This document shows positions 59,681 to 64,000 of a stretch of 64,000 nt of DNA, piece by piece. Position 1 is the stretch's first letter, and every line of letters starts with the position of its first letter. Source of the DNA: a candidate division TA06 bacterium ADurb.Bin131 (GTDB lineage: Bacteria > Ratteibacteria > UBA8468 > B48-G9 > DTJG01); contig MWDQ01000150.1 in assembly GCA_002070645.1 (NCBI GenBank), positions 36,261 to 100,260 on the forward strand. The letters run 5' to 3'. The position numbers were made by a program, and so were the translations under genes. Under the pieces are notes generated by a model that ran no database searches, had not been told where the DNA came from, and saw nothing but the letters and a program-made list of their open reading frames with translations.

Positions 59681-60407
59681 TTTTACCTCTCCTCGAAACC
59701 CTGGCCTCTTTTTCAGAATGCGGTACTTCCACATTCAAAGATTCACCAGAAATATCCTGATTCATTTGTTCTTGTCCATTGAAAACTTCACCAAGAAAAA
59801 TCCATACTTTTACCCCAATACAACCAAATTTTGTTATTGCTGTTGAGGTTGCATAGCTTATTTTTGCCCTCAGAGTATGAAGAGGAACTTTTCCTTTGAT
59901 GTAAAGTTCTGATCTTGAAATTTCTGCCCCACCAAGTCGTCCCCCAACCCTTACCTTTATCCCGAGAGAACCTGATTGTAAACTCAAACCCATGGCTTTT
60001 TTTATTGCTACCCTGTGAGGAACCCTACGCTCAAGTTGCATTGCAATACTATCTGCTATAAACTGGGCATCCTGACCTGGATTTTTTACTTCCTTTACAT
60101 CAACATCTACCATCTGTTTTTTCATCTTTTCGTGAAGTTCATCTTTTAATGATTTAATTTCCGCCCCCTTACGGCCAAAAACAACTCCTGGCCTGGGGCT
60201 ATATAGATTTATTGTTATTTTTTCAGCAATTTTTTCAATATCAATTCTTGTTACTGAACCCCGTGGGAACCTCTGAAAAAGGTATTTTCTCATCTCAACA
60301 TCTTCTTTGAGAAAATCCTTAAAACTCTTATCATCTGCAAACCAGAAAGATCTCCATCTTTCTGTAATACCAAGTCTAAGCCCTATTGGATTTACCTTTT
60401 GTCCCAT
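59619..60407 (-). CDS. rpsC: 30S ribosomal protein S3
   Basis: It has a KH domain ([14 protein letters not shown]) and a Lys-rich C-terminal tail. Confidence 0.9.
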   Translation of the reverse strand: MGQKVNPIGLRLGITERWRSFWFADDKSFKDFLKEDVEMRKYLFQRFPRGSVTRIDIEKIAEKITINLYSPRPGVVFGRKGAEIKSLKDELHEKMKKQMVDVDVKEVKNPGQDAQFIADSIAMQLERRVPHRVAIKKAMGLSLQSGSLGIKVRVGGRLGGAEISRSELYIKGKVPLHTLRAKISYATSTAITKFGCIGVKVWIFLGEVFNGQEQMNQDISGESLNVEVPHSEKEARVSRRGKNAINAKKGKIQKGTEGQNKG

Positions 60408-60768
60408 ATATATTCCTCTTATTGATTTGAGATTCTGGAATCTCTTCTAAAATTACCTTGAGATGAGAAAGCTTTTTCTGGATTACAACAGCCCTTCCCA
60501 TTGGGGCTGAACGCATTCTTTTCATTCTCGGACCTTCGTCTATTAATAAGTTTTTTACGTACCATAACTTTTGTTCAGGTTTTTTTTGTCCTGCATTTGA
60601 AAGAGCAGATTTTATAAGTTTTCTGATAATAACTGCCCCGCTATTCGGGATATTCTTAAGCACTTCGATTGCAGATTCTGCTTCTTTGTTGATAACAACC
60701 GGCCTTAGATAGCGCAACTTCCTCGGACTCACTCTCGCAAATTTTGTTTTTGCTATTACCTCCATCAC
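60376..60768 (-). CDS. rplV: 50S ribosomal protein L22
   Basis: Pattern: [20 protein letters not shown]. Confidence 0.9.
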   Translation of the reverse strand: MMEVIAKTKFARVSPRKLRYLRPVVINKEAESAIEVLKNIPNSGAVIIRKLIKSALSNAGQKKPEQKLWYVKNLLIDEGPRMKRMRSAPMGRAVVIQKKLSHLKVILEEIPESQINKRNIYGTKGKSNRA

Positions 60769-61046
60769 GTCTTCTCCGTTGTTCTCTCAGTATGAGCACC
60801 ATGTCCATGAAATATCCTTGTAGGTGCAAATTCTCCAAGTTTATGTCCAACCATGTTCTCGGTTACATAAACATTGATAAATGTTTTTCCATTATGAACA
60901 GCAAATGTATATCCCACAAACTCAGGGATTATTGTTGAACGCCTCGACCATGTTTTAATGGGTTCTTTTTTTCCTTTTTCCGTCATTTTATCAATCTTCT
61001 CAAGCAAAATCTTATCAACAAAAGGACCTTTCTTCAGTGATCTCAT
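60765..61046 (-). CDS. rpsS: 30S ribosomal protein S19
   Basis: Pattern: [18 protein letters not shown]...[17 protein letters not shown]. Confidence 0.9.
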   Translation of the reverse strand: MRSLKKGPFVDKILLEKIDKMTEKGKKEPIKTWSRRSTIIPEFVGYTFAVHNGKTFINVYVTENMVGHKLGEFAPTRIFHGHGAHTERTTEKT

Positions 61047-61057
61047 TCCCTATGCTC

Positions 61058-61876
61058 CTATTTTTTCCTTCTTTGAACAATAAACTTATTTGAATATTTT
61101 TCAGGGTTGCGTGTCTTATAACCCTTTGTAGGTTTTCCCCATGGTGTTTGAGATATATTACCTTTGCCTCTTCCTTCACCACCCCCATGAGGATGATCAA
61201 CAGGGTTCATCGCAACACCCCGTACAGTAGGTCTTATTCCAAGCCACCTTGTTCTTCCAGCTTTACCGAGTGAAACGTACTTGTGTTCAGGATTGCTAAC
61301 CCTTCCAATAGTCGCCATACACTCAAGAGAAATTAACCTTACTTCTCCTGATGGAAGTTTTACAGACGCAAAACGGTCTCCCTTTGTTACCAGCATCGCA
61401 GAACATCCTGCTGCTCTTACAATCTGTCCGCCTTTACCAGGTTGAAATTCAATATTAGAAATCTCTGTCCCCTCTGGAATCCTTGAAAGGGGTAATCTGT
61501 TTCCTGGAAATAATTGCGCGTTCTCGCCACAGAAAATCCTTGCTCCAACATTCAATCCAGCAGGTGCAATGATATATGCCTTTTGACCATTAACATACTG
61601 AATTAATGCTATTCTCGCGGTTCTGTTAGGATCATACTCAATACTGAGAACCTTTGCCTCAATTGGTTTTCCCTTAAAATCAATTATTCTGTATAGTTTT
61701 TTATGTCCACCGCCATGATGTCGAACAGTTATCCGACCAGTATTATTTCTTCCACCTGTTTTCTTCTTCCCGAAAACAAGTTTTTTTTCTGGCTTGTGTT
61801 TTGTTATTTCCTTAAAATCAGGAAGTATTGCATGCCTCTGGGCATTGGTAACTGGTTTTAATTTACGTAATGGCAA
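61058..61876 (-). CDS. rplB: 50S ribosomal protein L2
   Basis: The 272-aa protein has GGGHKKLYR and the C-terminal strings HPHGGGEGR and KGYKTR. Confidence 0.95.
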   Translation of the reverse strand: MPLRKLKPVTNAQRHAILPDFKEITKHKPEKKLVFGKKKTGGRNNTGRITVRHHGGGHKKLYRIIDFKGKPIEAKVLSIEYDPNRTARIALIQYVNGQKAYIIAPAGLNVGARIFCGENAQLFPGNRLPLSRIPEGTEISNIEFQPGKGGQIVRAAGCSAMLVTKGDRFASVKLPSGEVRLISLECMATIGRVSNPEHKYVSLGKAGRTRWLGIRPTVRGVAMNPVDHPHGGGEGRGKGNISQTPWGKPTKGYKTRNPEKYSNKFIVQRRKK

Positions 61877-62144
61877 TTTTATCTCCTTCTTTTAATGTTA
61901 CAATCGCCTTCTTATATGATGGTTTATATCCCTCTTGAGACATACGGTATCTTCTTTTCTTACCTGGCATATTAACAATTGCTACAGAAACAACTGAAAC
62001 CTTATAGATCTGTTCAATTGCCATTTTTATCTGATATTTTTTTACATTTTTTGGAACAACAAATAGATACTTATTTTCAGCCGAAAGAGCAGTCGCTTTT
62101 TCCGTTATACGTGGATATTTTATTATTGTGTATGGATTAAACAT
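61863..62144 (-). CDS. rplW: 50S ribosomal protein L23
   Basis: The start is the ATG at 62144 ([17 protein letters not shown]). Confidence 0.85.
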   Translation of the reverse strand: MFNPYTIIKYPRITEKATALSAENKYLFVVPKNVKKYQIKMAIEQIYKVSVVSVAIVNMPGKKRRYRMSQEGYKPSYKKAIVTLKEGDKIAIT

Positions 62145-62787
62145 TTCTTTCTCCAGAGCAAATATCAGACAAGGAAGAAAAAACTTCTGATTGGGCAATA
62201 ATGCAATCGTTGTTTAATAAAACATAAGTATTTATTTGGTCTACATAACAATATGAAAGATTCTCTATATTTCTAATGCATCTTATAAAACTAATTCTAT
62301 CTTGAAAATTCTTATTAAGCACAACTAAAATCTTATTCCCTAAAAACCCAGTTTTGTGAAGGAAATTATAAAATATTTTTGTCTTCGGTTGTTTAATGTC
62401 ATCTGTTGATACATTAATCAGTATCAGTTTATCCTCAAGAATTCTTGTTTTTAATACATCTTTCAAGGCAATATTTTTCATTTTTTCTGGAAGCCGCTGG
62501 CTATAATCCCTATTCTTTGGACCGAAAACAATTCCTCCATGCCTCCAGACAGGAGTTCTAATAGAGCCAACCCTCGCTCTTCCAGTGCCCTTCTGTCGCC
62601 ATGGTTTTCTTCCAGATCCAGATACCTCACTCCTTGTTTTTGTTGATGCATTTCCCTGTCGTTGGTTTGCAAGAAAAGCAACAACATATCTGTGAATCAC
62701 ATCCATATTTGGATTAAAATCCTCTATTTGAATGTTTTCGCTCCTAACCTTTTCACCTGCTAAATTATAAACCGGAATTTCCTTCAT
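62137..62787 (-). CDS. rplD: 50S ribosomal protein L4
   Basis: The 216-aa protein reads RSEVSGSGRKPWRQKGTGRAR. Confidence 0.9.
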   Translation of the reverse strand: MKEIPVYNLAGEKVRSENIQIEDFNPNMDVIHRYVVAFLANQRQGNASTKTRSEVSGSGRKPWRQKGTGRARVGSIRTPVWRHGGIVFGPKNRDYSQRLPEKMKNIALKDVLKTRILEDKLILINVSTDDIKQPKTKIFYNFLHKTGFLGNKILVVLNKNFQDRISFIRCIRNIENLSYCYVDQINTYVLLNNDCIIAQSEVFSSLSDICSGERNV

Positions 62788-63434
62788 TTTGTCCTCTGTT
62801 TCTTGATTGCATATCTTACAAAAACAATACCATTTTCTCCACCTGGTACTGCACCTTTTACCATCACAATGTTTTTATCAGGAATAATCTTACAAATCTT
62901 TAGATTCTGTACACTTACATTTGCATTACCCATATGTCCTGCCATTTTTTTTCCTTTCAAAACCCTTTGAGGAGTTCCTCCACCTATTGAACCTGGTTTT
63001 CTATGTTGCATAGAACCTCTAGATGCTGGCCCACCCTTAAAGTTATGTCTTTTTACAACCCCCTGGAATCCTTTACCTATTGATTTTCCACATACATCGA
63101 CATATTCGCCTTCCTTAAAAATAGAAATATCAATCCTTTGCCCAGTAGAAAAATTTGAAACATCACCTTCATTAATCCTTATTTCTCTTAGGTATTTCAA
63201 AGGAAGTAGATTAGCCTTTTTACAATGTCCGACAGCAGGTTTTTTTGATTTCTTTTCAGGAATCTCCTGGTATCCTATTTGAATACTATAATATCCATCC
63301 ACGTCTTTTGTCTTTATCTGTGTTATAAAACATGGCCCTATTTCAAGCACAGTAACAGGAATCATATTGCCATTTTCTTCCATAATCTGCGTCATTCCTA
63401 ATTTTTTTCCAAGTAGTCCCATCGACATAATCAC
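62784..63434 (-). CDS. rplC: 50S ribosomal protein L3
   Basis: Pattern: [27 protein letters not shown]. Confidence 0.9.
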   Translation of the reverse strand: MIMSMGLLGKKLGMTQIMEENGNMIPVTVLEIGPCFITQIKTKDVDGYYSIQIGYQEIPEKKSKKPAVGHCKKANLLPLKYLREIRINEGDVSNFSTGQRIDISIFKEGEYVDVCGKSIGKGFQGVVKRHNFKGGPASRGSMQHRKPGSIGGGTPQRVLKGKKMAGHMGNANVSVQNLKICKIIPDKNIVMVKGAVPGGENGIVFVRYAIKKQRTK

Positions 63435-63742
63435 TCCAGTTTCATTTCAACATCAACACCAGCAGGCAGGTTAAGATGGCTTAAAGCATCAACCGTCCTG
63501 GTGCTCGGATCAAGTATATCTATCAATCTTTTATGTGTACAAAGTTGAAATTGCTCACGGCTCTTTTTGTTAACATGAGGAGATCTCAAAACAGTATAAA
63601 TTTGTTTTCTTGTGGGCAGAGGCATCGGACCAACAATTCTAACACCAGTGCTCTGCGCAATCTCAACAATCTGCTTCACGGATTCATCAAGAATCCTGTG
63701 ATCGAAACTTTTTAACTTAATTCTTATTCGTTTTTTCTCCAT
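63431..63742 (-). CDS. rpsJ: 30S ribosomal protein S10
   Basis: Pattern: [16 protein letters not shown]. Confidence 0.9.
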   Translation of the reverse strand: MEKKRIRIKLKSFDHRILDESVKQIVEIAQSTGVRIVGPMPLPTRKQIYTVLRSPHVNKKSREQFQLCTHKRLIDILDPSTRTVDALSHLNLPAGVDVEMKLE

Positions 63743-63750
63743 ATATTACC

Positions 63751-64000
63751 TCAAGAAATGATTTCAGTAATTGCTCCAGAACCAACTGTTCTTCCACCTT
63801 CTCTTATAGCAAACCTTAACCCTTTCTCCATCGCTACTGGCATTATTAACTCTGCTTCCATCTCTATATTATCCCCAGGCATCACCATCTCTACTCCTTC
63901 AGGCAACTTTATAGTACCTGTCACATCTGTTGTCCTAAAAAAGAATTGAGGCCTGTATCCATTAAAAAATGGAGTGTGCCTTCCGCCTTCTTCCTTCTTC
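63751..64000 (-). CDS. tuf: elongation factor Tu, C-terminal fragment (5' part outside the window)
   Basis: Translating the minus strand gives ...[69 protein letters not shown], which is EF-Tu domain III. The stop lies 8 nt before rpsJ. The plus-strand ORF 63758..63949 in the track is its antisense shadow. Confidence 0.9.
   Translation of the reverse strand, partial: KKEEGGRHTPFFNGYRPQFFFRTTDVTGTIKLPEGVEMVMPGDNIEMEAELIMPVAMEKGLRFAIREGGRTVGSGAITEIIS

Noticed and set aside
63758-63949. Plus-strand 63-aa ORF at the window end
   Set aside because: It is the antisense shadow of the EF-Tu C-terminal coding sequence on the minus strand.

Overview
This is an AT-rich window (roughly one-third GC by eye) from an uncultivated-looking bacterium; gene content hints at a PVC-type or candidate-phylum lineage, but I cannot verify that without a database search. 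The window is almost gene-saturated, and most genes overlap their neighbours by 1-50 nt. From 5' to 3' it contains the following. (i) A minus-strand housekeeping block: a partial NrnA-like DHH phosphoesterase, hflX, rplU, valS, a DUF503 gene, larC, yajC, tgt and queA. (ii) About 17 kb (8733-25688) of 16 glycosylation genes, uninterrupted on the minus strand: five GT2 polyprenyl-phosphate-sugar synthase-like enzymes, five GT-C/PMT_2-type polytopic membrane transferases (three of them a paralogous 555-579 aa trio), a CE4 deacetylase, a UDP-glucose 6-dehydrogenase + UDP-xylose synthase pair, two further SDR epimerases (one with an inserted Cys4 zinc ribbon) and a zinc-ribbon methyltransferase. 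This looks like an unusually large, Arn-like lipid-linked sugar system for periplasmic glycosylation. (iii) An accessory stretch: a tandem-duplicated alpha/beta hydrolase whose second copy has lost the catalytic serine; a DUF362-ferredoxin protein; and a translationally coupled four-gene operon of DUF1549/DUF1553, DUF1501, a 730-aa secreted PPC-domain protein and a tandem-RidA protein. (iv) uppP-pyrK-pyrD, a Wzy_C (O-antigen-ligase-like) protein with TPR repeats, ricT(PSP1)-metG-pyrH-frr-cmk, then minus-strand pnp-rpsO-purD-pilT. (v) The complete S10-spc-alpha ribosomal supercluster, running tuf (partial) through rplQ plus an rpoZ-like ORF; rpmJ was missed by the ORF track, there is no rpmD (L30), rpsZ is the zinc type, and L24 carries an unusual Cys4 C-terminus. 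I found no tRNA or rRNA genes, CRISPR arrays or obvious mobile elements. All calls rest on motif recognition and synteny read by eye, with no database searches run.
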